Part shown: in pieces, positions 47,873 through 58,823 of the stretch | Numbering within the stretch: the stretch's first letter is position 1 | Layout of the letters: every line of letters begins with the position of its first letter | Assembly: GCA_963792585.1 (NCBI GenBank) | Contig: CAWBWI010000003.1 | Coordinates: 672,001-736,000 of the forward strand | DNA length: 64,000 nt | From: Candidatus Eiseniibacteriota bacterium | Lineage (GTDB): Bacteria; Eisenbacteria; RBG-16-71-46; CAIMUX01; VGJL01 | Direction of reading: 5' to 3' | Notes under the pieces: generated by a model | Databases searched by the model: none | What the model saw: only the letters and a program-made list of their open reading frames with translations | Told to the model about the DNA's origin: nothing | Translations under genes and position numbers: made by a program

Positions 47873-48799
47873 ATGGGAGCGTGGAATCGAATCTGGATCG
47901 TGGTGAGTATTCTGCTCTTGGCATTCGGATTCATTGAGGCATACCGCATCACGCCCTGCGGTAATCCATGGCCAGATGTCCGGTGGCCGGACTTGGTGAT
48001 GTTCATGGGGTTGATGTCGTTGAGCATTGTCGGAGTTTCCCTATCGACCACGAAGGCGCTACCGCTCCACGAAGAAGAAGATGGCCGATACGAGAAGCTT
48101 GGGCTAGATGCCGCGTCCCCCAATCACGATCCGATCATCGCCCGCCGGCACAAGATTTACGGGAAGCTCGGAGGAGTCCGCGCGCTTCTCGCGCGTGATC
48201 TGGCATCAGTGTCATTTGACATCGCACCCCACCATGACGTCGCGTCGGTTCATGAATACCGAGGGTTTCTCCACTGGCACCGCGACCTGACCGAGAAATT
48301 GCTGAGTATCTTCCTCGTGGTGGTATTTTCCGTGTTCCTGGCGCGGGCCTTCGGGTTCCTGGCTGACTTCATGAGCGGTAACTCGCTCCGGTTGGCACTC
48401 ATCCACGAGGACGTGGATCTCGCGATCAAGATTGTCGGCCTCGCCCTGGTCATCGACGGAGTGATCCTGGTTGGTGGCATGACGGACGCTCCCGGCATTC
48501 GGCGAACACTGGATGCGGTAATCGTCGTGCTCGCAGGAGTTGCGGTACTAGCGGCCCATGCCGCGGCACGGGCGCTGGATCTTGATCCTAAGAATGGCTG
48601 GTTCGCTCTCGCACTCGCGGGCGGCTTGACGTTCGGATTGTGTCTGCTCTTCGGTGTTCGGTGGGTCGTGCAGCATCGGAGTCTGCGCGGATTGAGAGGC
48701 GACCCGGTCCCGCCGGCCACTGCCCAAGCGCAGCGGCTTGGCCCTGACCACAATGTTGCAGTTCCGGCGGCCGGCGAACCGCCATCCGAAGACAGGTGA
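47873..48799 (+). CDS. Polytopic membrane hypothetical protein
   Basis: About 6 hydrophobic helices, no recognised motif. Confidence 0.6.
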   Translation: MGAWNRIWIVVSILLLAFGFIEAYRITPCGNPWPDVRWPDLVMFMGLMSLSIVGVSLSTTKALPLHEEEDGRYEKLGLDAASPNHDPIIARRHKIYGKLGGVRALLARDLASVSFDIAPHHDVASVHEYRGFLHWHRDLTEKLLSIFLVVVFSVFLARAFGFLADFMSGNSLRLALIHEDVDLAIKIVGLALVIDGVILVGGMTDAPGIRRTLDAVIVVLAGVAVLAAHAAARALDLDPKNGWFALALAGGLTFGLCLLFGVRWVVQHRSLRGLRGDPVPPATAQAQRLGPDHNVAVPAAGEPPSEDR

Positions 48800-48801
48800 C
48801 A

Positions 48802-48950
48802 ATGGCGAAACGAAATGATGGAAGGGTCGCCGCGGAGCAGAAGTCCGTCGGCATCTGGATCCGCGTCTCCACCGAGGACCAGGCCCGGGGGGAGAGCCCT
48901 GAGCACCACGAGAAGCGCACCCGGATGTACGCCGAGGCGAGTGGTTGGCG
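48802..48950 (+). pseudogene. Truncated 5' fragment of a large serine recombinase
   Basis: [35 protein letters not shown]. 48847-48950 matches 50374-50477 with 12 mismatches in 104 nt. Confidence 0.9.
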
Positions 48951-49097
48951 ATGGATTGTGGCTGAGAGCGAGGAAACACACCACCGCGCACGAGTGGCCC
49001 CAGACCGATATCGACGAAGCAACGAGTTTGTCGCGTCTCCTGATGCATCGCCGCCAAATGAACGGCCTTCCGGACCTCGAGCTGGAGGGCACCTGAG

Positions 49098-50135
49098 GTG
49101 AGCACGCAGATCCAGATTGAGCTTCGACGCAAAGTCCGGACGATGTTGCATTTCGTCGCCGAACATCGGGCAGGCATTGCAGACACGGCAACGATTCTTG
49201 GGCTGCCGATTGCGATCGTGCTCCTGCTTCTCTCGTTGTCTCAGCAGCGGAGCGACTCGGAATACGGAGCATGGCAAGCGATCATGCTCGCGCACGGCAA
49301 ACCCGGCAACCTCGGGCGCGTGAAAGCGCTGGAGCAGCTGTCCAGAAATGGTGTCGATTTGTCGGGGGTGTCGGTTACCGGGGAAACGATCGCGGGATCA
49401 GGAGCGCACCTTCCGGGTTTGCACTTACGGTACGGGACGAACATGGAACGATGTCAACTATACCAGGCCGTGCTCGTTAATGCTCAACTCTCAGGAGTTG
49501 ATTTTTCGTACGGGAACCTCTGGGCAGCGAGTTTGCGAAGGGCCGATCTGTCGCACACCAAGTTCAGGAACGCGATTCTGGATCATGCTTACCTCGTTGG
49601 CACTATCCTCCGCGACGCAGACCTAACCGAGGCGAACCTCAGCCACGCGATCCTGGGGGCCGATTGTCGGAGGTCATCCCTGATCAACACGAACCTCCGG
49701 GGAGCGTACTTGGGAGCCGCGGATCTTCAAGATGCCGATCTTCTTGGTGCCGTTGCGGACAGCGCCTTCTTCATTTCGATTCGATGGGATGAGAGAGAGT
49801 ATCTTGCCTCAGTCGACTCAGGTCCTCGACCCCTTAGTCGTAAGCAGCTGCTTTCCCTGCGAACCTGGCGCGGGGCTTGTCTACCGGTCGGGATGAAGGA
49901 CTTGGAGATACCCATCGATGCGCCGGACTCGATTATGGAGCACATGGGCAGGATCTGGCCAGAAGGGGCGGACCTCACAAACTACGATCTTCGAGAGTGC
50001 TCGTTCAGCGCACGCCAGTTGAAACGGGCCAAGGATTGGCGCGGCACTGCACTTCCTGCCTACCTCAAACAGTATGAGGTTCCGCCGGAGGCCTCCACCG
50101 GTGAATTGGAGGACATGCGGGCGACAATTCCATGA
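49098..50135 (+). CDS. Pentapeptide-repeat membrane protein
   Basis: One TM helix, AWQAI...GR..ALEQL, then A(D/N)Lxx repeats. Confidence 0.85.
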   Translation: MSTQIQIELRRKVRTMLHFVAEHRAGIADTATILGLPIAIVLLLLSLSQQRSDSEYGAWQAIMLAHGKPGNLGRVKALEQLSRNGVDLSGVSVTGETIAGSGAHLPGLHLRYGTNMERCQLYQAVLVNAQLSGVDFSYGNLWAASLRRADLSHTKFRNAILDHAYLVGTILRDADLTEANLSHAILGADCRRSSLINTNLRGAYLGAADLQDADLLGAVADSAFFISIRWDEREYLASVDSGPRPLSRKQLLSLRTWRGACLPVGMKDLEIPIDAPDSIMEHMGRIWPEGADLTNYDLRECSFSARQLKRAKDWRGTALPAYLKQYEVPPEASTGELEDMRATIP

Positions 50136-50331
50136 CACACCAAGCGAAACAACCGGTTCACACGGTGTCATTCGAGTTCGAGCAACCGATTGCAGTTCAA
50201 CGTCTTTGGCGGATAGGCGACGACAGGGGTGCGGCGTTTCGCGCTCCTACTGCCCAGATCTGGATCTTCGTACGGAGTAGCAGAATCCCGGCTATCCTGT
50301 AATCTTCGTCGCCACTAGAGAGGATGAACGC

Positions 50332-51858
50332 ATGACGTCGAGCAACGATCACGTCGGTCCCACCGCCAAGCAGGTCGGCATATGGATCCGCGTCTCGACC
50401 GAGGACCAGGCCAGGGGCGAGAGCCCCGAGCACCACGAAAAGCGCGCTCGGATGTACGCCGAGGCCAAAGGATGGCGGGTCCGTGAGGTCTACCACTTGG
50501 AAGCGGTCTCCGGGAAGACCGTCATGGGCAATCCTGAGACCGAACGCATGCTGGAACACATCCGGCTCGGACACATTTCCGGCCTCATCTTCTCCAAGCT
50601 CGCTCGCCTGGCCCGGAATACCCGGGAGCTCCTCGAGTTCGCGGACATCTTCCGCGATCAAGACGCCGACCTTGTCTCCCTCTCGGAGGCGATCGACACC
50701 TCGACTCCGGCCGGCCGTCTCTTCTTCACCGTCGTCGCGGCGATGGCCCAGTGGGAGCGGGAAGAGATCGCGGAGCGGGTCGCGGCTTCCGTCCCGATCC
50801 GCGCCAAGCTTGGCAAACCCCTCGGGGGAGCCGCCCCCTTCGGGTACCGCTGGGAGAACCGGGAACTCGTCCTCGATCATACGGAGGCCCCGGTCCGCCG
50901 GCTCATGTACGAGCTTTTCCTGGAGCACAAGCGGAAGAAGGCTGTAGCCCGCCTCCTCAACGAGAAGGGCTACCGAACTCGGAGTGGTTCGAAGTTCACA
51001 GACACGACGGTCGACCGTCTCCTACGCGACCCACTGGCGAAGGGTGTACGCCGGGCCAACTACACGAGGTCCTTGGGTGCCAAGCGGAACTGGATCCTGA
51101 AACCCCAGGAAGAGTGGGTCATCTCCCAAGTCGAACCGATCGTCTCCGATGAGATCTGGGCCCAAACGAACGCGCTCCTCGATGGCCGCCGGCAGAACGG
51201 GAAGCGCCCCGCGAAGCGGCCGGTCCACCTGTTCTCCGGTCTCGTGACCTGTGGGTGCGGGTCAAAGATGTACGTCCTCACGAAGACGACGAAGTACGGC
51301 TGCCAGAAGTGCCACACAAAGATCCCGATCGAGGACCTCGAGGCCGTGTTCGCCGAACAGCTCAAGAGCTTCGTCTTTTCCCCCGAGGAGGTCGCCGCCC
51401 ACGTCGGCCGGGCTGACGAAGACCTCAAGACCAAGGAGGAGACCCTCCGGACCCTCGAGACCGAGCGAGACCGCGTCGCCCGGGAGATGGACCGTGTCTA
51501 CAATGCCTACGTCGCCGACGAGATCTCGGTCCAGGGATTCGGTCGCACCTACCGCCCGCTCGAAGAGCGCCTCAAGCAGATCGAGGACGAGATCCCCCAG
51601 CTCCAGGGCGAGCTCGACTTCCTCAAGATCCAGTTCCTCTCCCGGGACGAGATCCTCACCGAAGCCCGGGACCTGTACTCCCGCTGGCCCTCCCTCGCAC
51701 CCGAAGAGCGCCGTCAGATCGTCGACACCATCGTCGAACGGATCGTCATCGGCCCAGGCGACGTCGAATTCCATCTGAGCTACCTCCCTTCCTCCGCTCC
51801 TGAACTCATCACAAATTCGCAACGCAACGTCACGGATTCATGGCGCCCACGAGCATGA
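50332..51858 (+). CDS. Large serine recombinase / integrase (resolvase + recombinase + zinc ribbon + coiled coil)
   Basis: YIRVS-type motif WIRVSTEDQ with catalytic Ser, LARLARN, PFGY, CGCG...CQKC zinc ribbon. Confidence 0.95.
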   Translation: MTSSNDHVGPTAKQVGIWIRVSTEDQARGESPEHHEKRARMYAEAKGWRVREVYHLEAVSGKTVMGNPETERMLEHIRLGHISGLIFSKLARLARNTRELLEFADIFRDQDADLVSLSEAIDTSTPAGRLFFTVVAAMAQWEREEIAERVAASVPIRAKLGKPLGGAAPFGYRWENRELVLDHTEAPVRRLMYELFLEHKRKKAVARLLNEKGYRTRSGSKFTDTTVDRLLRDPLAKGVRRANYTRSLGAKRNWILKPQEEWVISQVEPIVSDEIWAQTNALLDGRRQNGKRPAKRPVHLFSGLVTCGCGSKMYVLTKTTKYGCQKCHTKIPIEDLEAVFAEQLKSFVFSPEEVAAHVGRADEDLKTKEETLRTLETERDRVAREMDRVYNAYVADEISVQGFGRTYRPLEERLKQIEDEIPQLQGELDFLKIQFLSRDEILTEARDLYSRWPSLAPEERRQIVDTIVERIVIGPGDVEFHLSYLPSSAPELITNSQRNVTDSWRPRA

Positions 51859-52951
51859 ACCGCGCGGGGAACGTGGCGACGCCGTTAATCCGCACAATCG
51901 TCACGCGGCCATCCTCGAGCGGCTGCCGCATGAGATCCAGGATCGACGGCGGAAACTGCGCCATCTCGTCGAGGAAGAGGACGCCGTTGTGGGCGAGGCT
52001 CACCTCGCCCGGGGTTGGGCCGTGCCCGCCGCCGATCATTCCGACGGGACTGATCGACTGATGCGGGGCTCGGTACGGTCGGGCCTCGATGAGGCCGCAC
52101 CCTTCCTTGATCTTCCCCGCGGCGCTGAAGATGAGCGTCGTCTCGAGGCTTTCCTGCGGGGACATCGGCGGCAGAATCCCGATGACACGCTCGGCGAGGA
52201 GCGTCTTGCCCGACCCCGGGGAACCAATCAAGAGGATGTTGTGTCCGCCGGCGACGGCGATCTCCAGTGCGCGGCGGGCGATCGCCTGGCCGCGGACTTC
52301 GGAAAGATCCGCTCCGGCGGCAACTGCACCTTCCTTGGGCCGCGGGTCGGGATGGTCGGGCGGATGTCCACAGATGGTGTCCACGGCCTCCCGCAGCGTG
52401 GAGACCGGCGCCACATCGACACCCTCGACTGTCCGCGCCTCGACGGCGTTCTCCAGCGGGACCATCAGTCGGCGCGGCCTGCCGGGGAGCGAGCGAACCC
52501 CCAACGCCATCGCCAGGATTCCGCGCGTCGTGTGCACCGTCCCGTCCATGCGCAACTCGCCGGCAATCACCCAGTCGGCGAGTTTCTCCGCGGGGAAGGT
52601 GCCGTTCGCCGCGAGGACGCCGAGGGCGATCGGCAGATCGAACCGCGCCCCTTCCTTCGGCAACTCCGCGGGAGCGAGGTTTATCGTGATCCTTCGATTG
52701 GGGAACGCCAGATTCGACTCTTTGATCGCTCCTTCCACCCGTTCCTGGCTCTCGCGGGCCGATTTGTCGGGCGACCCGACCATCGAGACGCGTGGATATC
52801 CGTTGCGGACCGAAACCTCCACGCAGACGGGCCTCGCCTCGATCCCGATGATGGCGAAGGAGGTGACCTGGGCCAACCTGCCGGGATCGGCGACCGGCGC
52901 GATGGGAGCGATCTCGGCGATCGGGGCTTCGTCCTTCGGGACGTCGTCCAT
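51830..52951 (-). pseudogene. comM: comM (YifB-family Mg-chelatase-like AAA+ ATPase), 5' part, interrupted
   Basis: [53 protein letters not shown]. Ends abruptly at GAMNP-stop, where CPCG would normally follow. Confidence 0.93.
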
Positions 52952-53142
52952 CGGGCCTCCATGACTGCGACCCCCGGCAGCAGGCAAGAAACCGGCCAGA
53001 CAGTCGGTCGCGCGATCGGGAGATCGAATCTCCGGCAGCGCCCGCGCCGCCGGAGCCGCTATACTCGCCCCCCGAATGCCCGAAACGAGCGGGCGTCCAA
53101 CGACCCGTGGCCTACGAGCTTCGATCGAGAAGGAGATCCGCC

Positions 53143-55329
53143 GTGCTTCATCTCCGCCTCCGCACTTCGGCTGTCGCATTCGCCGCCGCTCTCACGACCG
53201 CCGCCATCCTCGCCGGCGCCGCCATCGCCGACGAGGGAATGTGGCCTCCATATGATCTGGCCAAGCTTCCGCTCGACAACCTTCGCGCGCGCGGTCTTCA
53301 GCTCACGCCGGAGCAGATCTACAACCCGGGCGCGGGCGGACTGACCGATGCGGTCATCCAGGTGGGGGCGACGGCGACCTTCGTTTCGCCGGCGGGACTC
53401 ATCGTCACCAACCACCACGTCGCCTATGGCGCGATCCAGGAGCAGAGCACCGAGGAGCACAATTATCTTCGCGACGGCTTCTACGCACCGACCAAGGCGA
53501 AGGAGATCGAGGCGCTGGGGTACACGGTCAACGTGACGACCAGAGTCCAGGACGTGACCCAGGAGGTCCTCGACGGATTGAGCGACGCGATCACGGGACT
53601 CGATCGCTTCAACGCGATCGATCGCGCCATCAAACTGATCGTCGCATCGACGGAGAAAGGGACCGATCTGCGCTGCAAGGTCGTCCCGATGTTCGGCGGC
53701 ACGCAGTACGTCAAGTACACCTTCTTCGAGATCCGCGACGTCCGGATCGTCTACGTCCCGCCCGAGGCGATCGGCAACTACGGCGGCGAGATCGACAACT
53801 GGATGTGGCCGCGCCACACGGGCGATTTCGCCTTCATGCGCGCCTACGTAGGCCCAGACGGCCGGCCGGCGGATTACGCGAAGGAGAATGTCCCTTACCG
53901 CCCGAAAACCTATCTGCCCTTCTCCACGAAGGGAATCGAAGACGGCGATCTCGCCATCACGATCGGCTTTCCGGGCCGCACCTCGCGTTACATCTCCTCC
54001 TTCGACCTCGAAAACCAGATCGCATTCACGTTTCCGACCATGATCCGCAACTCCGAGGAGCAGGTCCGCATCATCGAGGAGATCGGGAGGACCGATCCCG
54101 CGATCGAGCTTCGGATGGCGAGCGATCTGAAGGGCGTCTACAACCGTCTGAAGAAGAATCGCGGAATCATCGAGGGCTTCCGGCGGACCCATGCGATGGA
54201 TCGAAGGCGCGAGGATGAAAAGGCCCTGGCCGCATTCCTGGCGAAGGATCCGACCCTGCAGCGGAAGTACGGAGACGTTCTCCCGGAGCTCTCTCGCCTC
54301 TACGCGGGCCAGAAGGCGAACCAACTTCGGGACAGTCGTCTGAGCCGCCTTGGACGCAATAGCGACTTCTACCAGCTTTCCTCCGAGATCTACCGCTGGG
54401 CGAAGGAGCGTGAGAAGCCGGATCCGGAACGCGACCGCGGTTTCCAGGAACGGGATCGGGCTCATGCCCGCCGAGGACAGAAGACGGTGCAGATCAACCT
54501 CGTGCCGGTCGTGGATCGCGCGCTCTTCGAGGCGGCGTTGAAAGGGGTGCTGGACCTTCCCGCCGGCCAGAAGGTTGACGCATTGGAGAGGCTCTTCGCG
54601 GGCAAGACCGGCGCCGACCGGGATGCCGCCATCGACGCCTACCTGGACGATCTCTATGCGGGGACCAAGATCGGGAATGCCGCCGATCGTCTCGCGATGT
54701 TCGACATGAGCAGGATGGAGATCGAGACGCTGGGCGATCCGTTCATCCTCCTGTCCGCCTCACTCTACCCGGAACTCGAGACGTTGCGGCAACGGGAGAA
54801 GGAATTCGAAGGGGCGGAGAATCTCCTCGCACCGAAGCTGGTGCAGGCCTATGCCGAGTATCGCCACGGCAGCATCTATCCCGACGCGAACGGGACGATG
54901 CGGATCAGCTTCGGTGAGGTCCGCGGCTTCCACCCGCGCGATGCGGTCGACTATCACTTCCACACCCTTCTCGGTGGAGTCATGGAGAAGGAGGCGGGGG
55001 AGTACCCCTTCGCCGTTCCGGCGGCTCTAGCGGCCGCGTATGCGAAACACGATTTCGACGGCTACGCGCAGCCGGGCGACAACGACATCCCGGTGAACTT
55101 CCTGACGACGAATGACATCACCAACGGCAACTCGGGTAGCCCGGTCATCAACGGCGGGGGAGAGATCATCGGTCTGGCCTTCGACGGCAATTACGAAGCG
55201 GTCGCCTCCGACTACATGTTCGACACGGAACTGAATCGAACGATCGCCGTCGACTCGCGCTACATCCTGTATCTGATCGACAAGGTCTATCACCTCGAGG
55301 CGTTGATGAGGGAACTCACGATTCGCTGA
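53143..55329 (+). CDS. S46-family dipeptidyl peptidase (DPP7-like)
   Basis: Signal peptide, [40 protein letters not shown] has Gly rather than Arg at the S1 position. Confidence 0.95.
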   Translation: MLHLRLRTSAVAFAAALTTAAILAGAAIADEGMWPPYDLAKLPLDNLRARGLQLTPEQIYNPGAGGLTDAVIQVGATATFVSPAGLIVTNHHVAYGAIQEQSTEEHNYLRDGFYAPTKAKEIEALGYTVNVTTRVQDVTQEVLDGLSDAITGLDRFNAIDRAIKLIVASTEKGTDLRCKVVPMFGGTQYVKYTFFEIRDVRIVYVPPEAIGNYGGEIDNWMWPRHTGDFAFMRAYVGPDGRPADYAKENVPYRPKTYLPFSTKGIEDGDLAITIGFPGRTSRYISSFDLENQIAFTFPTMIRNSEEQVRIIEEIGRTDPAIELRMASDLKGVYNRLKKNRGIIEGFRRTHAMDRRREDEKALAAFLAKDPTLQRKYGDVLPELSRLYAGQKANQLRDSRLSRLGRNSDFYQLSSEIYRWAKEREKPDPERDRGFQERDRAHARRGQKTVQINLVPVVDRALFEAALKGVLDLPAGQKVDALERLFAGKTGADRDAAIDAYLDDLYAGTKIGNAADRLAMFDMSRMEIETLGDPFILLSASLYPELETLRQREKEFEGAENLLAPKLVQAYAEYRHGSIYPDANGTMRISFGEVRGFHPRDAVDYHFHTLLGGVMEKEAGEYPFAVPAALAAAYAKHDFDGYAQPGDNDIPVNFLTTNDITNGNSGSPVINGGGEIIGLAFDGNYEAVASDYMFDTELNRTIAVDSRYILYLIDKVYHLEALMRELTIR

Positions 55330-55456
55330 GGATCCGATGGTCTTCGGGAGAGGTTCTTCTGGAAAGGATCTTCCGGAAGCGGAGTCCGGGTGGGACGAGG
55401 AGAGCGTGGTCGCGGGCGATCCGTTCGGATCGCCCGCCCCAGTGCGCGGGAGTGCG

Positions 55457-55894
55457 CTAGTCGGTCTTGGCGCCGCTCCCCTTCGCCGCGTCCGGATCGC
55501 CGGTCGAACGGCAGAGGTCCATGCGCGCGTGGGCGTCGCACCACGTGGTCCAGGTGTCGTCGATCCTGTACGCGTCGACGTCGAGCGTCTGGCCCTTCGG
55601 GTCGTAGAGGCCGCAGACCTCGATCTTCGTCTTCTCCCGTCCGCCACCATGGATCAGGGTCGCGGCGCGCGCGTTGGCATCGAACGAGATCATCTGACCG
55701 TCGTCGAGCTTCAGGACGTGCTTGTGCCCCTTCGCTTCGCAATTCTCCGGCGTGTCGGCCTGCTTCATCTCGAGGCACGTCGGACAGAGCCAGGTGCCCT
55801 TGAAGCTCCGAAACTCCCGGCCCGGCGACGCGAGCGCTATGGCGCTCACGAGCAGCAGGGCGGGCAGGACCATCAGGAATTTCCCGTATTTCAC
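55457..55894 (-). CDS. Small secreted protein with CxxC and His/Cys motifs (possible metal binding)
   Basis: SD GGAGG before the GTG, signal peptide, LCPTC...C...GHKH...WCDAH...C. Confidence 0.65.
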   Translation of the reverse strand: MKYGKFLMVLPALLLVSAIALASPGREFRSFKGTWLCPTCLEMKQADTPENCEAKGHKHVLKLDDGQMISFDANARAATLIHGGGREKTKIEVCGLYDPKGQTLDVDAYRIDDTWTTWCDAHARMDLCRSTGDPDAAKGSGAKTD

Positions 55895-56172
55895 GAAAAC
55901 CTCCGTTCGTTCGATATCATGAATCGATGTCACAATGAGACTTGCGAGCATACACCAGGTAGGGATGCGCGGGGCCTTGGATTACGGCGACGGACCGCAG
56001 GGGTGGCCGAGATCGCATCCTGGCCGCTGCCGTCGTCCCGTCCAACCCCCCGAACTGCCTGCCGCCCATGCACCTACGCTGCAACGCAGCCGGGAATGCT
56101 GTAATCTCCGCTCCGCGGCGAGCCGACAATTAATGAATGGTCTCGCGAAAGGCCCCGAACCACGAAGGAACG

Positions 56173-57396
56173 ATGAGGATTCTCTATATCTATCAGTACT
56201 TCAAGACGCGTGAGGGATACGGGAGCACCCGTTCCTATGAATTCGTGCGCCGGCTGCGCGATGCCGGACACGACGTGCTCGTCGTCACCTCCACCGCCCG
56301 CATCCCGGGCCTGACGGGACGGAAGCGCGGTGGGGTGATCGAGGGGGAAATCGAGGGAATCCCGATCCACGCGGTTCCCTCGGCGTACACCAATCGGATG
56401 GGATTCGCTCGGCGTCTCATCGAGTTCCTCCGCTTCGCATGGATATCGAGCATCACCGTCCTGCGCGAGCCACGACCCGATCTGATCCTCGCTAGCAGCA
56501 CGCCGTTGACGGTGGCGCTGCCGGCGCTCGCGGGCCGGCTCTTCCGCGGCATTCCGCTCGTCTTCGAGGTCCGCGACCTCTGGCCCGAAGTGCCGGAGGG
56601 AATGGGAATCATCCGCAACCGCGTGCTGATCGCCGCCGCGAAGGGCCTCGCAAGGCTCACCTATCGCAAGAGCGCGCGGATTATCGCCCTCTCGCCCGGA
56701 ATGCGCGAGGGAATCCTGCGCTACCGCGTTCCGCGGGAGCGCGTCGTGGTCATCCCCAACGGGTCGGACCTCGACCTGTTCCATCCCGGGATGGATGGAA
56801 GCGACCTGCGCCGCCAACATGGGATCGCTGAGGATCGATTCCTCGTCGTCCACACGGGCGCGATGGGAATCGTCAACGGTCTCGACTTCCTGATCCCGGT
56901 CTGCGAGGAGCTGGCCCGTACCTTCCCGCGGGCGATCGTCTACCTGGTGGGAGAGGGGGGACAGCGCTCCCGGCTCGAAGCGCTCGCCCGCGAGAGGGAT
57001 CTCCGCAACCTGAAGTGCGAGGGGCCGGTTTCGAAGGGGGATCTCCCCGCCTGGCTCGCCGCCGCCGATCTCGGTCTCATGCTGATCAAACGCATCCCGA
57101 TCCTCGAGATGAACTCGGCCAACAAGTTCTTCGACTATGCCGCGGCGGGGCTGCCCTGCCTGATGAATTACGGCGGGTGGAAGGCCGACCTTCTCACGCG
57201 CTACGACGCCGGGCTTGCGGTCGAAACCGACGATGCGGTCGTCTTCGCGGGAGCGATCGCGGGGATGGCCGCCGATCCGGATCGCCTGCGTATCATGGGA
57301 GTCAACACCCGCAGAATGGCCGAGGCGGAGTTCGACCGGGACAAGCACTTCAGGATGCTCGAGCAGACTCTGGAGGGAGCTTTGGGAGGCCGATGA
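56173..57396 (+). CDS. Glycosyltransferase family 4 (WbuB-like)
   Basis: MRILYIYQYF, FEVRDLWPE, IPNG.D, ANKFFDYAAAG. Confidence 0.93.
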   Translation: MRILYIYQYFKTREGYGSTRSYEFVRRLRDAGHDVLVVTSTARIPGLTGRKRGGVIEGEIEGIPIHAVPSAYTNRMGFARRLIEFLRFAWISSITVLREPRPDLILASSTPLTVALPALAGRLFRGIPLVFEVRDLWPEVPEGMGIIRNRVLIAAAKGLARLTYRKSARIIALSPGMREGILRYRVPRERVVVIPNGSDLDLFHPGMDGSDLRRQHGIAEDRFLVVHTGAMGIVNGLDFLIPVCEELARTFPRAIVYLVGEGGQRSRLEALARERDLRNLKCEGPVSKGDLPAWLAAADLGLMLIKRIPILEMNSANKFFDYAAAGLPCLMNYGGWKADLLTRYDAGLAVETDDAVVFAGAIAGMAADPDRLRIMGVNTRRMAEAEFDRDKHFRMLEQTLEGALGGR

Positions 57397-58823
57397 ACCA
57401 GCTGGCGATCTACGAGCGGCTGCCGATCTTCGTGCAGAGCGCCATCGTCGCGCACTACGGGCGAAAACTGCACCGGATGCGATTCGGCGGCGCCCATGAC
57501 GAGCAGCGCGCGCAGATTCTCGCGTGCGAGAAGATGGACCGGGAGGCGATGCGGCTCTACCAGGTCGATCGGCTGCGGGCGATGCTGCTCGAGGCCGCGG
57601 CCGGAATCCCGTACTACCGCGCCAAGGCGGAGACCCTCCGCGAGCTCGCCTCGACGATGCAGGATCCGTCCGACATCGCGCGGCTACCGCTGCTCGAGAA
57701 GGCGACGATCAACGCCGATCCGACCGCGTTCCACTCGACGGATCCGCGCGACAAGCCGATCGTCGGCTCGACGAGCGGGACGACGGGCCGGCCCTTACGC
57801 ACGATGAAGGTCCCTGCGTCGTACCAGCGCAACTGGGCCTTCTACGAGCGGAGCAAGGAGATCCACGGCGTCGTGCTGGGGATGCGTCGCGCGACATTCG
57901 GAACCCGCATGGTCGTGCCTAACCGGCAGCGCAAACCGCCCTTCTGGCGGCGGGAGCCGAGCGAGAACAATCTCTACTTCTCCCTCTTCCATCTGGCGGA
58001 GCAATTCCTTCCCGCCTACGTGGAACGGCTCCGCGCGTGGAATCCGGAGGAGATCGTCTGTTTCCCGTCGGGACTCTGCGTTCTGGCCGAGCACATGGTT
58101 CGCCGGGGTGTCACGGTCGAGGGGGCGAAGGCCGTCTTCTGCATGTCGGAGACACTTTTCGACTGGCAGCGGGAGCTATTCGCGAAGGCGTTCCGCGCGC
58201 GCGTCGTGAACCTCTACGGCCTCGCGGAGAACGTGGCCTGGATCTACGAGTGTCCCTCGGGACGGATGCACGTGCGGCCGGACTACGGTTACGTCGAGTT
58301 CCTGCCCGTGCCGGGCGCGACGTGGGAAGAAGAGCCCGCGGGTGAGGTGCGCGAGATCGTCGCGACGGGATTCCTCAACCTTGCGATGCCGCTCCTGCGC
58401 TACCGGACCGGCGATCAAGCGGTCGTGACCCCGCAGGATGCGACCCCATGCGCATGCGGATCCTGGCTCCCGACCGTGACGCGGGTCATCGGACGGTTGG
58501 ACGACAATCTCATCACGCCCGACGGCCGCGTGCAGACACGCCTGGACGGAATCTTCAAGATGATCCTCGGCGTGCGGGAGTCGCAACTCGAACAGGTCGC
58601 CCCCGATCGGCTGATCGTGCGCGTCGTGCCGCTGGGCGCGTTTGGTCCCGAGGCGGAAGCCGAGGTGCGGCTACGGATCGCAAGGATCTTCGGCGCACAG
58701 ATGCAGGTCGAGATCCGCATCGTGGATGCGCTTCCCAGGACCAAAGGAGGGAAGGTCCGCTACCAGGTCAACAGCATCCCGCGCGGGGAGTCGCGGACGG
58801 CGCCGGTCGCGAGCGAACGCTGA
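57393..58823 (+). CDS. Phenylacetate-CoA ligase-like / CapK-family protein
   Basis: LPLLEK, TSGTTGRP, YGLAE, MPLLRYRTGD, GRLDD, RTKGGK. ATGA overlap with the upstream gene. Confidence 0.9.
   Translation: MNQLAIYERLPIFVQSAIVAHYGRKLHRMRFGGAHDEQRAQILACEKMDREAMRLYQVDRLRAMLLEAAAGIPYYRAKAETLRELASTMQDPSDIARLPLLEKATINADPTAFHSTDPRDKPIVGSTSGTTGRPLRTMKVPASYQRNWAFYERSKEIHGVVLGMRRATFGTRMVVPNRQRKPPFWRREPSENNLYFSLFHLAEQFLPAYVERLRAWNPEEIVCFPSGLCVLAEHMVRRGVTVEGAKAVFCMSETLFDWQRELFAKAFRARVVNLYGLAENVAWIYECPSGRMHVRPDYGYVEFLPVPGATWEEEPAGEVREIVATGFLNLAMPLLRYRTGDQAVVTPQDATPCACGSWLPTVTRVIGRLDDNLITPDGRVQTRLDGIFKMILGVRESQLEQVAPDRLIVRVVPLGAFGPEAEAEVRLRIARIFGAQMQVEIRIVDALPRTKGGKVRYQVNSIPRGESRTAPVASER

Larger units (their letters stand above)
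1..51832. mobile_element. Genomic island integrated in comM (right junction at ~51831; left junction not found in the window)
   Basis: Integrase abuts the truncated comM. Mixed accessory cargo, IS and integrase relics. No comM 3' half recognised in the window, so the left extent is uncertain. Confidence 0.7.

Noticed and set aside
49098..50135. Qnr-type quinolone resistance gene
   Set aside because: It has a TM helix and extra domains, typical of generic pentapeptide-repeat proteins; no Qnr-specific evidence.
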